From contig MU058636.1 of assembly GCA_013265495.1 (NCBI GenBank), positions 4,313,741 through 4,377,740 on the forward strand: a stretch of DNA of 64,000 bases. The letters are read 5' to 3'. Below, piece after piece: positions 51,716 through 63,829 of this stretch (within the stretch, counting starts at the first letter, position 1; every line of letters starts with the position of its first letter). This stretch comes from Vicugna vicugna (taxonomy: Eukaryota). Both the position numbers and the translations under genes were made by a program. Below the pieces are notes generated by a model. The model was not told where the DNA came from and made no database searches. It was given only the letters and a program-made list of their open reading frames with translations.

Positions 51716-53706
51716 ATCTCTTTTTCTGAGGAAGTCTCAGATTGCTGTTAGAGTTCACTTACCAGTAAACTGCTATAAAAGAAAATTTAGGGGCTATAAT
51801 GAAGGTCATGGCCTCTCTACCTTCAGAGATCTTTGAGATCCTCATTTCAATTCACTGAAAAACACGTTAGTAACTAAATATTAAAGCATTTTCCCTTTGC
51901 TAAGGGCAGCAATCTTCCTCTTAGCCCCTTTCCAGCACTGATATGAACACAGCAGATCCTATTCAAAAAGCACACTGGTGATGGTGGGGCTGCTCTGTCA
52001 ATGCCTGCCAACAAGAGTGCACAAATTATCCTTGATTTTCACCCCAAAATATTAATAAATGATTAATAGAGAAACTGAGTGTCCATTTGATAGTAAATAG
52101 AATAAGATCTAAGCTAAACAAAGAAAAATGAAAAAAATTGATGTAAATATCTCTTGTCTGCTCTCTGTTTCTCTCGCTCTTCTCTCTTCCTTAGGATCTA
52201 ACAACCTTTGCAAAGGTTTTTTCCCTTGCGGTCCCCTGGCCTCCCAAACTCCTCACCCTAATTTGGCCACCCATGACTCAGTATCTTTATTTTGACTCCA
52301 CCTCCCAACCCAAGGCATGCATTCCTTCCCCACTCACGACCCCAGTCGTAGATGGGTTCTTATGCCCTCAGATTTTAGGGCTAACTAGCTGACCTGGAGG
52401 CTAACTTAGTATAATAGAAAGGGGCTGGGTGGGGATGGGCTGCTCCCAGGTAACACGTACCAAATGCATGTTAATGACAAACCCCTCCAGACGAATGGTC
52501 CACGGGAACTACTTTCCCCATTGGAGGTTCTAATGGTGGACATTTCTGACTTGACAGCTAAGGACGGCTCAGGGAGCGGAGACACTGCACCAGAGTACCC
52601 ACTTTCGCCCCAGTCTGAGGAGGTTCCGCCAGCCCTCATGTTTTCACGTAGAGGCCCTCTACCTGCTGCTTTCCTTCCTTCTAAGTTCTGGGAATGTTGA
52701 GACTATCTTGCCAACAGCCTTTCTGATTCCCTGAATTCCCTTTAGTCTGGTAGTGCACTTGGCTTCAGAACAGAGAGGGCTGAAGTGTCTGTCAGTGATG
52801 ATCCCCTCTGATCTGGCAATTCTGAAGGATAAGCGTGCCAAAATGAGACAATTAAAGGAGCAGTGCCCTGTGCGTGAGAACAAGGATTTCCTAAAGCACT
52901 GAGTGCCGCCCAAAAGATGAGTAGAAAGTACCCGAAGACCCTCGCAGTATTTTAACTTACATTTACAAAAAAAATCATGACGCTTTAAAACTCCGCCAGT
53001 GTCTACAACAGAATCACTCTGCATTTCCTGAGACAGAAGCTGTGTGAAAAGAGAGACATTGCCAAGGACATTTGGGAGGCTGACCAGCGGTGACATCGAG
53101 CAGCAGTTTCCTGTGAGAAGCCCAGCTGCCATTTAGACGCATTTAGACCAGGCAGGCAAGGGCAGAAACCCAGCAAAGAGGACTGGAGAGAGGAGACGAG
53201 GGTCTGGAAGTGAGGGGGATAATGGAGATGCCTCACTGTAGGCCATAGGCAGGAAAGCCCCAGTGAGGAGCTCAGCAAATACCCTACAAACAACATGCAC
53301 TGCCACTCACCTCCTGAGTCTTTCAGCACATGCCTCTGCGAGCTCCTGACCTCAGGGCACCTGATGCATAAAAACCAACATGGCAAACCTTTCCTTTTGT
53401 TCTTATGAACTGGCAAATATAAGGCCCATACCACTGATGTTCCCCCAAAGTCCCGACTATCCAAAATGACCAGAAACAAGGCATTCACTCATTCAGTGAA
53501 ATGGATGGAGTGGAAAATGGGGGGTGGGCACAGGAGGGACATTTCACCAACTTCCACATACTTCAGCAAGATCTTCATGTCTGCCTTCCACTTGGCTGTA
53601 ACACATGTATGTGGTTGAGATTTTCTTTTTCCTGTTAGCATGTTCAGGTAGCTGTGCTTCACATGACTAATGTACACGTATATGATTTTAATCTGGTCAA
53701 TTTTGC

Positions 53707-55200
53707 TTTTTTTTTTTTTAAAGTTTGCATCCTTTTACCAACCTCTCCCTATTTTCCTCACCTCCCCCAGCCCCTGGCAACCACCATTCTACTCTATGTG
53801 TTTGACTTTTTATTTTTAATTTTTTTTCAGATTCCACATTTGAGCGATGCCATGAAGCTTTTTTCTTTCTCTGGCTTATTTCACTTAGCATAATGCCCTC
53901 AAGGTCCATCCGTGTTGTCACACGTGGCAGGATTTCCTTCTTTCTCATGGCTGAATAATAGTTCATTATATAGAGATCTTCCTTGACTTACAGTGGGGTT
54001 ACATCTTGATAAACACATCCTATGTTGAAAATATCATAAGTTGAAAATGCATTTAATACACATAACCTACTAAACAGCATAGCTTAGCCCAGCCTAACTT
54101 AAATGTGCTCAGAACACTTACATTAGCCTACAGTTGGGCAAAATCATCTAACATAAAGTCTGTTTTATAATGAAGTGTTGAGCATCTCATGTAATGTATT
54201 GAATACTGTACTGAAAGTGAACAACAAAGTGGTTATAAGTGTTTTATACCCTCGTGAGCCTGTGGCTGACTGGGAACTGCAGCTCGCTGCCACTGCCCAA
54301 CCTCACCAGAGAGTATTACACCCATATCACTAGCCCAGGAAAAGGTCCACGTTCAAAATTCAAAGTATGGTTTCTACAGAAAGCATGGCTTTCACACCAT
54401 CGTAAAGTCCAAAAATCTCAAGTGAAACCATCATAAGTTGGGAACCATCTGTATGTATACCACATCTTTTTTATCCGTTCATCTGGTGATGGACATTTAG
54501 ATTGTTGCCATATTTTGGCTCTTGTGAATAATGCTGCAATGAACATGGAAGTACAGAGACTCTCCAATATTCTGTTTTCATTTACTTTGGAAACTTACCC
54601 AGAAGTGGGATTGCTGGATCATATGGTAATTCTATTTTTAATTTTTTGAGGAACCTCAAAACTTTTCCATAGAGGCTGAATCAGTTTGCATTCCTACCAA
54701 CAGCACATGAAAATTCCCTTTTATCCACATCCTCGCCAACCCTGTTATCGCTTGTCTTGTTGATGACAGCCATTTTCACAGGTCTGAGGTGGTACCTCCT
54801 GGTGGTTTTGATTTGCCTTTCCCTGACTGTTAGGAACGTTAAGCATCTTTTCATGTACCGATTGACCATTTATATGTCTTCTTTGGGAAAATGTCTATTC
54901 AGTTCCTCTGCCCGTTTTTAAACCAGATTCTTTGGGGTTTTTTGCTATTGAGTTATATGAGTTCTTTATATATTTTGGATATTAACCCCTTAGCAGATAG
55001 ACATTTTGCAAAATATTTTCTCCCATTCTGTAGATAGTCTCTTCATTTTGTTGATGGTTTCCTTTGCTGTACAGACACTTTTTAGTTTGATGTAGTCCCA
55101 TTTGTTTATTTTTGCTTTTGCTTTTGGTGTCAAATCCTAAAAAATTTCATTGCCAAGACAAGTGTCAAGGAGCTTACCCCCTATGTTTTCTTCTAGGTCC
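53707..55200 (-). mobile_element. 5'-truncated L1MA-like LINE interrupted by a Tigger
   Basis: Poly-T, cccctggcaaccaccattctactct, gggattgctggatcatatggta, tttttagtttgatgtagtccca; probable TSD tggtcaatt(t/c)tg at 53694-53705 and 55214-55225. Confidence 0.9.
53973..54451 (+). mobile_element. Tigger5/MER47-family non-autonomous DNA transposon
   Basis: TA on both flanks, ends gagatcttccttgacttac / ataagttgggaaccatctg, internal gtgctcagaacacttacattagcctacagttgggcaaaatcatct. Confidence 0.9.
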
Positions 55201-56307
55201 ATTCTGTCAACTTTGGTCAATTCTGTTACAATAAAACTTCATTCCTGAATGATTTGTTCAGGAACAAATCCTGAACAATGATTTGTTCATTGAGTTGTTA
55301 CTGTATAAGGAAAATAACATCAAAATGCAAGACTTAGAAAAACAAAAACAATAATTTAAGTTTTTGCAAGATCAAAGTGTTATTCACTTTTGCTTAATAT
55401 CAGATTGTAAATCATCAACTGCAAGAAAGAAATTACTCAATTTTTCATAGTGTTGACTAAAGATTCCATTTTTACAAGATGCAAAACAAGTTGTATGATT
55501 TTTAATGATATTTTTTCCTTAGGATTGGAGTAATTTTTTTCCAATCAAGAAACAACATTTTCAAAAAAAACTTCATCTCTGTCAGTGCACCTAATGGATA
55601 CTATAAAATATACCAGCTTGTTGACTTTCTATGCTAATAACTGACCCTGAAAAGAAGTTTAATTTCTTAGAATGTAAAATAGGGTTATTTCCATGTATTT
55701 GTCTATTAATCAAATATCTTAAACCCAAATTTATAATGGGCATATGTGTCTGGCATTAAATTGTTTTTCGAATGAAGTACATTATTTCTCTGACCCAACA
55801 GCTATTACCGAATACTACAGAGATGTCTGTAATTGTGTTTGCAAGCACAGCTCTAATGGCTTCTGAAATACAATTTAAAAATCAATATCTGAAAGTATTT
55901 TAAATGCATACTTGGACATTATTCATCCTAGAGGCATGCACATCTCATTTTCTAGAAAAACCAAAGGCATATTCTGTCAAAATGAAAACTACTTTTTCAA
56001 TTCTGTCTGTATGATTTGATTGTGCAGGGATAGTACTCAGATTTAACCAGTTTAGAGGATGAACTAAATGATGACAGATGTTAAACTTGAACAGCTTAGA
56101 CACATTTTCTACAGCTAAAACTTTGTGTCTTAGTAATATGTAGCTACCACCATGCACAAAGAAATGAATAAAGTAAAAATTAACTCTTAAGTTTTTAAAG
56201 ACATTGCCACAGGACTGGTTGTGAATGTTAAATGTATAGTTTCTTATGGAACTAAGACTAAGTGATGCCTAAAAGAGAGAGATGACAGTATTTAGAGTTC
56301 TGTGCAA

Positions 56308-56445
56308 GGGAGGAAGGTGTAGCTCAGGTGGTAGAGTGCATGCTTAGCATGCATGAGGCCCTCGGTTCAACCCCCAGTACCTCGTCTAGAAAATAAATAA
56401 GTAAGCAAACCTAATTACCTCCCCCGAAAACATAGAAAAATAAAG
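56308..56445 (+). mobile_element. tRNA-derived SINE, camelid Vic-1-like
   Basis: tagctcaggtggtagag...ggttcaacccc...aaacctaattacctccccc; TSD ttagagttct(g/a)tgca at 56292-56306 and 56446-56460. Confidence 0.88.
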
Positions 56446-56460
56446 TTAGAGTTCTATGCA

Positions 56461-56840
56461 TAGAACTCTCCTGGATTCTGGCTCATGTGCCTCATACCTT
56501 GGCTGATTTTAATCTGGATCGTTTCATGGTAATCTGTAACTGTGAGTAAAACAGCTTTCAGTGGGCTCAGTTTGAGTAACATTATTCTTCCAGCTACAGA
56601 TTTACGTAATTGTCTTATATCACTTCCTCACTTCATGTAGAAGTACATCATCAGAGACGTAAGCAAATAGCTTACTGATGTTCACAGACTTTATTCATTA
56701 GGATAGAACCTAAGCTGCGATAACATGGAGACTCAAAAATTCCTTCTAGTGAATTATCAAATCTGAGGGTACCCCTGGGAACCCCAGGCTTGCAATGACA
56801 TCAGAAGTGGGGTAATCTTAACTCCTTAACCCTGAACCCA
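56461..56840 (+). mobile_element. MER21C-like LTR fragment, interrupted at 56571-56742
   Basis: ccttggctgattttaatctg...taactgtgagtaaaacagctttcagtg | tccttctagtgaattatcaaatctgaggg...catcagaagtg. Confidence 0.7.
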
Positions 56841-57079
56841 TTAATCATGTTTACATCCATGACTTAATAATGGTGTTAAAGAAACTGGTCATCTTTGGAG
56901 GATGTTAGGAAAGCAATTACCTTGCAAACTGCTAAATAAGGGGAAAAGCAAGCATTTATTCTGTCTCAATTGTATGAACTGAACCACTGGATAAGCAAAT
57001 AATAGATTAGGGGAAATGCATCCTTTAAAAAGTAACACAAGTGAAAAGTGAAGTAGAAATGACCAATACAGGATCTCAC

Positions 57080-57710
57080 CATTTTGCATCCCTTAACGAA
57101 TGAACAGATTTAGGTACTAAGTATCAATAGTGCCTGAAGCCACATAAAAGAGAACAACCTGATAATACACACTTCCTACTGAAAAAAAAAAAAAATTCTA
57201 CCACAGCCTTGCCAAAGGAATCAAAACCAAGTCTGTTAATTATCTGGATCCAGCTACCAATTTTCAGGAGATAACAGGACAGAGGATCTTGTTAAACAGC
57301 ACAGTGAAGGCTATGCAGGCTACACAGTCCAGACTGTGGGACACACTCTAGGCCAGACAGCCCCACTTCTGCACCAGATTGAAAGGAAATAAAAGAGTGA
57401 GAAAGAAACCTGTAGCCTAAAAGAGACTTATCAAATTATAATATGGATAAGACTAAATTACAGTGTCAAAGCATGAATATTTAGGCAATAAAACTAAAAG
57501 GAAACGCAAGGAAGTAATTACTGTAAAAGTCACACTTGATGTGAAGGAATGGTAGTTACAACAGGCACACGGAGGAGCTTCCTGAGTGTCTGGAAATGTT
57601 CTGTTCCTTGATTTGCATGGCTGGGTGCAAGAGTTGCAAGAATATTCTCCCTGTATGATTTATTAAGATACACATTTGTCTTGTGTGGTTTTCTTTACCT
57701 TGTGAATTTT
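57080..57710 (+). mobile_element. L1MC4/5-like 3' UTR
   Basis: ctggatccagctaccaattttcagga...tccagactgtggga...aaaagagactta...aatgttctgttccttga. Confidence 0.7.
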
Positions 57711-58242
57711 TTAACTCAGGTGCAAGGTTTACATTTATCCGTACTAAATTATATTCAATTCACTTCTGTAGATTCTTAAGATGCGCTTGTATTATCATTT
57801 TATCCAGCATAACTGTTATCCCTCTTGGCTTAATGCTACCCACAAATTCAGAGGCAAAGCATCTTCACCCCAACAACTAGAAAAAAAGAAGTCAACAATG
57901 CAAATTTTATATCTTGACTAGGGTGGTGCTTGCACAAGTGTGTACATTCATTAGAACTCATTAAACTGCACTTAAAAGGAGTATAAGCCTCCTTCACATG
58001 TTTTTTTTTTTTTTTCTTTCCCTTTCCTTTCTTGCCAGCAAGATGGCTGGGATTCCTTGTGACTCATCCTCAACCACGCAGACAACCTGGAGGAATCTGA
58101 GCTCCTGCTTGACCACTTTGGGTAGAGCCTTTTATGGTGGGAACATTCCCCTTTAACTCCGAGGTGAGAAACAAGCTGCTTTCATTTTTTAAGTCACAGT
58201 ATTGTTGTAGCAGTCTGTAATCTATTACCCTAACTAATGTTC

Positions 58243-58452
58243 TGAGGGTTGCTCACTCAAATGCCTTCAGGTGCCAAGCAGGGAACATAAATACATGAAG
58301 AAGCAAGAGGAAGACAGTGGAGCTGTGGAAATGGAGAATGCATACTGTCCTAAAAGCACTCAATTAAAAAATTTTTTTCCCAATACACTGTACTGAAAAC
58401 AAAATGTCTGTAGGGCCAGATTCCACCTGATGGCTATCATTTGCAACCCCTG
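58243..58452 (+). mobile_element. hAT-Charlie MITE, MER102-like
   Basis: Inverted ends gagggttgctcac / ttgcaacccctg; ctcaaatgccttcaggtgccaagcagg. Confidence 0.7.
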
Positions 58453-58583
58453 CTTAATCACAAGGATTTGAATAAGGTTATTCTCCCAGCTACAAAGTCA
58501 CAAAATTGTCTTGTACACATTTCTTCTCTTTGTATACAAACATAAGGAGACCTAAGCGGATGTCTTACTGAAATCCACGTATT

Positions 58584-59030
58584 TTATTCATTAGGATACA
58601 ACCTAAGCTGCTATATCCTGGAGACTCAAAAACTTCAGTTGCTCAAACAAGAGTTTATTTCTCTCTACTACACAGTATGGGGAGAGAGGTGGCTTCTCTT
58701 CATGAGGCCATCAAGGGACTCAGAGACCCTCTGTGTTGTCCCACCATCCCCTCAGGGCTGTTCTCACTACTTGGTGGAAGTCTCCTTACCACTGCCCATC
58801 TGGGGAAAGGGGAGGAGGAGGTGGAGAGAAGAGATCCAGAGATGGGGCACATCACTCCTACTCACATCCCATATCCCGGGGACTAGAACCCAGTCACGTG
58901 GCCACAGCCAGCCACAGTGGCGTCTCTAACTACATTGCTGGGTGTTCAGCTCTACTCAGGGAGTTCTTTTTTTTTTTTTTAAAGAAGATGGAAAGAATAG
59001 ATATTGGGGGACAATTAGCAGTCTCCGCCA
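58584..59030 (-). mobile_element. MLT1 (MaLR) LTR
   Basis: ttaggatacaacctaagctgct...caagagtttatttctctc...tagaacccagtcacgtggccaca...ggacaattagcagtctc. Confidence 0.7.
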
Positions 59031-62000
59031 TGTATATGTCAGCCTAATACATTTCTGACCCATCAGTATAACTGGGTGAACCCAGGGGATTCATCATGAT
59101 TTATTCTTCAGTAATCTCTGCTAGACTCTGGTGGTCATTTCTTTCTAGTAGGTGCTAGTACCCAGCCTTTTAGTAACCTGGTCTAGACCTTCACGCAGAA
59201 TTCTGAGCAAGCTCATTAGGCTTACTTTGCAGAAATGACCTCTTTGTGTTTGGGAAAACTGGATTTTAATTTTAGCTTTTCCAGTCTTCCAGCAGCACTG
59301 CCAGTCTGAGATTCCTCAAAGATCAACACCTTGGTGGTTTCTTCTCCGCCTCTCCCTGTGCCATGAAATACAATTCTTATAGGCCAAGAGACAAGAAAAG
59401 AAAAAAGAAATGGAGCCAATTTCAACTAGTCCAGTAAGTAATCAAAAAGAGAGAGAATTACAAAATAAAGAAGGAGAATTTGAATTCATTTTTGAGAGAA
59501 GTTTAGCAACATCAGAAAAATGCTTCCAGTCAATTATTAAAAAGAAATGATGTCCATCTCCTTTATATACAGACATCCATTGGGTTTTGTTTTATTTTAT
59601 TATCATTTGAAGGAAACTAAAATTACAAAAATTAGCTCCACTGAATAATAACTATGAAGTCTTCCGAAAGAAGGCAAGGGCTATTCTACATGTTTGGATG
59701 TCTTCCCAGTTAACAGTCAAAACAGTAGCTTCCTTTGGGCTAACTATTCTTCTTTAGTCTACTGAAGAGCCTTTTTAGTGGTTTATTCTGAATAATTACA
59801 TAGCATGCTTGACTTTCACAAAATATGAACATTTTTATTTTCTTATTCTCTGTGGTAACAGCTAAATTACTTCAAGCCAGTTTCTTTTCTCTCTTAAGTA
59901 TGTATCCATTTTCCTGGACATGGAGGTGGAGAGCCTGTAAGTACACAAAGGTAGAGAACAGAGAAGCAGTTCAGATGAACAGAAACCCGTTTTCCCTCCA
60001 CACTTCACCCACATCGAGTCAGAGTGTGTTCTTCTGAAACCATACACATATTCACAGCAGGAAACTTTCCAGACGCTGTTTGCTCAACACAGAGGCTCCT
60101 CCCGCCCCTTCATCCTCAGATTGCTCTTCCTTACTCATCTTTCGTGGTCAGTTCAAAATCCACCTCCATCAGGATGCCTTTTCCCTGATCATCCGGACAG
60201 GGTAACGTGTTCTTCCCTCAGCTAGCGGATGGTTCCCCACTGTCAACTTTTTAGATTATGCAACTGTAGCTTTCTTTTTTTCTGATTTTTTTTTAAAAGA
60301 CTTCACAATTTTCACATTTACGCTACTTACAAAGTTGTTCTTTTTCATTGGATTACCAACTCCTGTAGTCATTTGTCTCCTGGTACCCTTCCTTCCCTGA
60401 AATTTCATCATGAAGGGACGCTGATTTTCCTAGAACAGCAGGGAACCCCAGGCTAGTTGACTGGTAACACCAGGATCCTGCAGACAGCTCAGATGGGAAA
60501 CATTTTGGCTCCTCCACTCTATCTTTGGTTGGCTTTTCACCTATAGAAGCAGGTCCCGCAAATATGCCAAGAGGCAGAAGCCGATCACTGTCCCAACAGC
60601 TCTCTGCCAAGTGACCTGGAAAGGAGGAAGCCTGCTTGAGAAGTCGGCAGAGCTATGGCAGTGGGGCAGCGGACAGCTGACAGCCAGCTGAACCCATCCA
60701 ACGACACCACGTTCCTCTTCCCGAGGACTGTTATCCACAAGCTGTTATGTGTGGTCCAGTTAAGTTGGTCTTTTTGTGCCAATTATTCTTTTCTGAATAC
60801 ATTTAGAAAACTCATGTTCGTCTGCTTTTACTTATATTAGTAAAGAATACTTATTTAGGGATCTATCTGGCTGGGGCTGATGATGTTTGATAACATTCAC
60901 AAAGTAGCTTGTTTATTTTCATTACCTCATTCCTTCCAGCACATAATAACTCCTTGGGGAGGGACAGCGTCTGCTCCTGCAAGAGGAGTAGCTCCAGCCT
61001 TCTCACTGCTTTCCCCAAGGCTGGGTCCAGGGAGATTAGCACTGCCTCATTCTTTTGGATTCCCTAGATTTTTGCACAGAAATTTATGGAAAAGAGAATT
61101 GTAATGCTGACATGTTAATTAGATACCATAATCCTGTGAAGGACAAAAATGAGACTAAAAGGAGGAACAGAAAAAGGAAAAGAAAAGAAGCAATGACTAT
61201 TTAGAAAAGATTTTAAAGATCTTTTAAACCACCAGTAAGTTATCTCCATAGAAAAAAAATTCTACGATTAAATATTAAAATTTTTCTGCTGTTAAGTACT
61301 TAGCTTATTTACTGTTAAAATAAAATATTGTACTTTCCTAGATTGAGACTAACTTTTAAATTTCAGGCATTTAGATTGAGAGTTCAACTCATAGCTTATT
61401 AAAATTTGGAATGTAATTCTCTAACGTTCTTGCAACTGTCTTGAAACTCTAGAGTGTACAGGCTATATGGGCCAATTGATTTCTGAAAGTTGTAATGCAT
61501 ATCAGCACTATAAACAATTAGTGACAACAACAACAAAAGATACCCTTTATGATGATAAAATGACCTCGAGCATTTAACAAACATTCATGGAGGGCCTATT
61601 GGGTCCCAGGTGCTGAGAGTGGGGATGGGGATGGGGGGAGGATAGATGCAGATGCAGATGCAGGTGTGTGGAGGGGAAACAAGGAAATGAACAGAACACT
61701 GTACTTATTTTCAAAAGGTGTTCACAATCCCACGAGGGATGGAAGAAAATGTGGTGGAAAAGAAAAATGCTGTTGGTATGCTGTCAGTTATATACTGACA
61801 ATACAGGTAGGTAGCCTCTAGTTTGCAAAACTGCAGAGCCACTTTGTCATAAAGCCTAAAATCCACGATTTTTTTTGCAGAAACCCAACTGAGAAGCTAA
61901 GAAGATCAGTAGCTGTTTCCCCCCTCCCCCACTTTGGGCCTATAATAGTCCTACTTCCCAATCAAGAAGTAGATCAACTCCAAGTGTAACAACAGTTTCA

Positions 62001-62769
62001 CATGCTGCTGCTTAAAAAGCTTTCTTAGCTCAAGAGTTCTTTGCACTTCTGTGGAAGTTTCTTCACAACTTGAAAGGCTGGTAATGTCAACCCCTTGAGT
62101 GCAACCCCTCACCTCTCCACCTTCAGAGGAGAGAACGCAAGAAAGCCCTTTGTGTACCAAAAAGGTAGCAACAAAGGCCAGCTAATGATACCACTGTGCC
62201 CCTATGGCGTAATGAAACTGGGCTTAGACTAATTAAGACCATTCACCAAAATCACACACTACACCAGGGATAAGAACGATCCAGAGGAATTCGAATTTTT
62301 ACTTCCTGATTAGCCTGCCCCTCTTGAACTGAGCTTGAATCCACAGTGATATTTTGTCCTGTAACTGTCCAGCTTCACTTCCTGCCACACCTCCCACACT
62401 GGGCCACACCAGCCATTGCTAAAACGCAACTCCAGCCCCTCCGTGACTGTGCTAAGTAAGGTCCTTCCTTAAGGTCCTTTAGACCCTAAACCTGGCACTG
62501 TCTTACCTCCTTGTAGTAACACTTACCTTGTTGTATTATAACGCTTGCCCCTCAACACCCTGGCAACTCTTTGGAAACAGAGCTCGTGTATTATTAATCT
62601 TTGTACCCTTGTCAGAGTACCTGGTAAAGATAGGCATGGTTTATTGAATGAATGAAGGTGTGCATGCATACATACAAACCATAATTTCTGACCACAAAGA
62701 ACAGAATTGTGACATACTCCACCTATGTGCTTGTGTGTGTTTCCTCAAAGCATTGTCACTCTGGATATA

Positions 62770-63428
62770 GTTTTATAACAGTTTTATTAAAATATAATTT
62801 ACATACAGGTATCCTCAGCTTTTCAAAAGTTTACTGTATACCACTCGATTTTACGAAAAACCTACATTAGTTACCATTTTCCCTAAACGAAAGAAATCTA
62901 AAGAGGGTTTTTGCTTTTATGTAAAAGGCAAAAAGCAAAAATAGGATTCAGCATTTGATTTGCAGGGAGCCCTTAAAAAGGCAGCACAAATCGGGGCAAG
63001 GAGAGTAGCCCCGCCAAGCTCCTCCCTGGGGAACTACACTCAGCATCTCAGCAACAATCTGCCATAGCTTTGGACTGTGTCTGTGGGCATCTGTGCTTTA
63101 AAATCTCCATTTATTTTGTTTGTTCCTTAGCAAGATGTATCCTATGGTAATTGCTTCTGTGCTTTATGCCATTGTGACTTATGAAGGGTTTCATAGAACA
63201 CTCTACTTCACATAGCGAGGGAAACCTGTACCACAAAGTTGCCTCAAAATGTACAATTCAGCGGTTTTTTTTTAGTATATTCAGAATTGTGCATCCATCA
63301 CCACTAGCAAATTGAGGAACAGTCTCATCACCCCCAAAAGAAACCCCTACATCTTAGCAGTCACTCAGCATCCCCCCACATCCCCACCCCCTAGCAACCA
63401 CTAATCTACTTTCTGTCGCTACAGATTC
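62770..63428 (-). mobile_element. L1MB-like 3' end interrupted by a DNA transposon
   Basis: ttttattaaaatataatttacata | ccacaaag...catcacccccaaaagaaacccc...gcaaccactaatctactttctgtc. Confidence 0.85.
62806..63228. mobile_element. TcMar/Tigger-type non-autonomous DNA transposon, 423 bp
   Basis: TA at 62804-62805 and 63229-63230; imperfect TIRs caggtatcctcagct / agcgagggaaacctg; family name not assigned. Confidence 0.85.
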
Positions 63429-63829
63429 TTAATTAATTTTTTTTGCTACACTGTGTATCTAGCTTCAATTAGAACGCATCTCTTTGCATGACTGAGAAAT
63501 AAAAGCTGAAGCAGCTTTAATTCAGTAACAAAGTACAGAATCAATTTCCTTGCTTTGTGACCTTGGACAGGTTGTCGAACTGGGTTGTTTCCTCATAAAA
63601 TGAGTAAGTTTTGGGCAGTGTGTGAGGGCACCTTCAGATTAAAAAAAAAAAACCAGCAAAAACAAAACCAAAAAACCCTTCTAGCTGTAATTCCAGTACT
63701 CCACCCTAGGTAGCCCTTTCTCGGCTTCCCTAACAGATGTCTTTATATTATTAAGATTTCACACGAGAACTGCAGCAGTGGCTGCCTTCCCCGCGAAGGG
63801 TCCTAGAGAAAACGTTTTCTCTTGTTCTG

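Larger units (their letters stand above)
57715..59335 (-). mobile_element. Fragmented L3/CR1 fossil split by younger insertions
   Basis: gagacctaagcggatgtcttactgaaatcc (reverse of the DFSKAFD motif region), ttccagtcttcc...gattcctcaaagat; pieces near 57715-57870, 58455-58580, 59040-59335. Confidence 0.55.

Noticed and set aside
52795..52824. C-box GTGATGA followed by CTGA D-box-like words
   Set aside because: Span of about 30 nt is too short for a C/D snoRNA, no terminal stem, and not in a known host intron
52659..53488. Overlapping 157-aa and 161-aa minus-strand ORFs
   Set aside because: No recognisable domain or exon structure; lengths attainable by chance
61620..61662. G-run tract and (gatgca)n repeat
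   Set aside because: Simple low-complexity sequence in an L2 remnant; G-quadruplex potential alone is not informative
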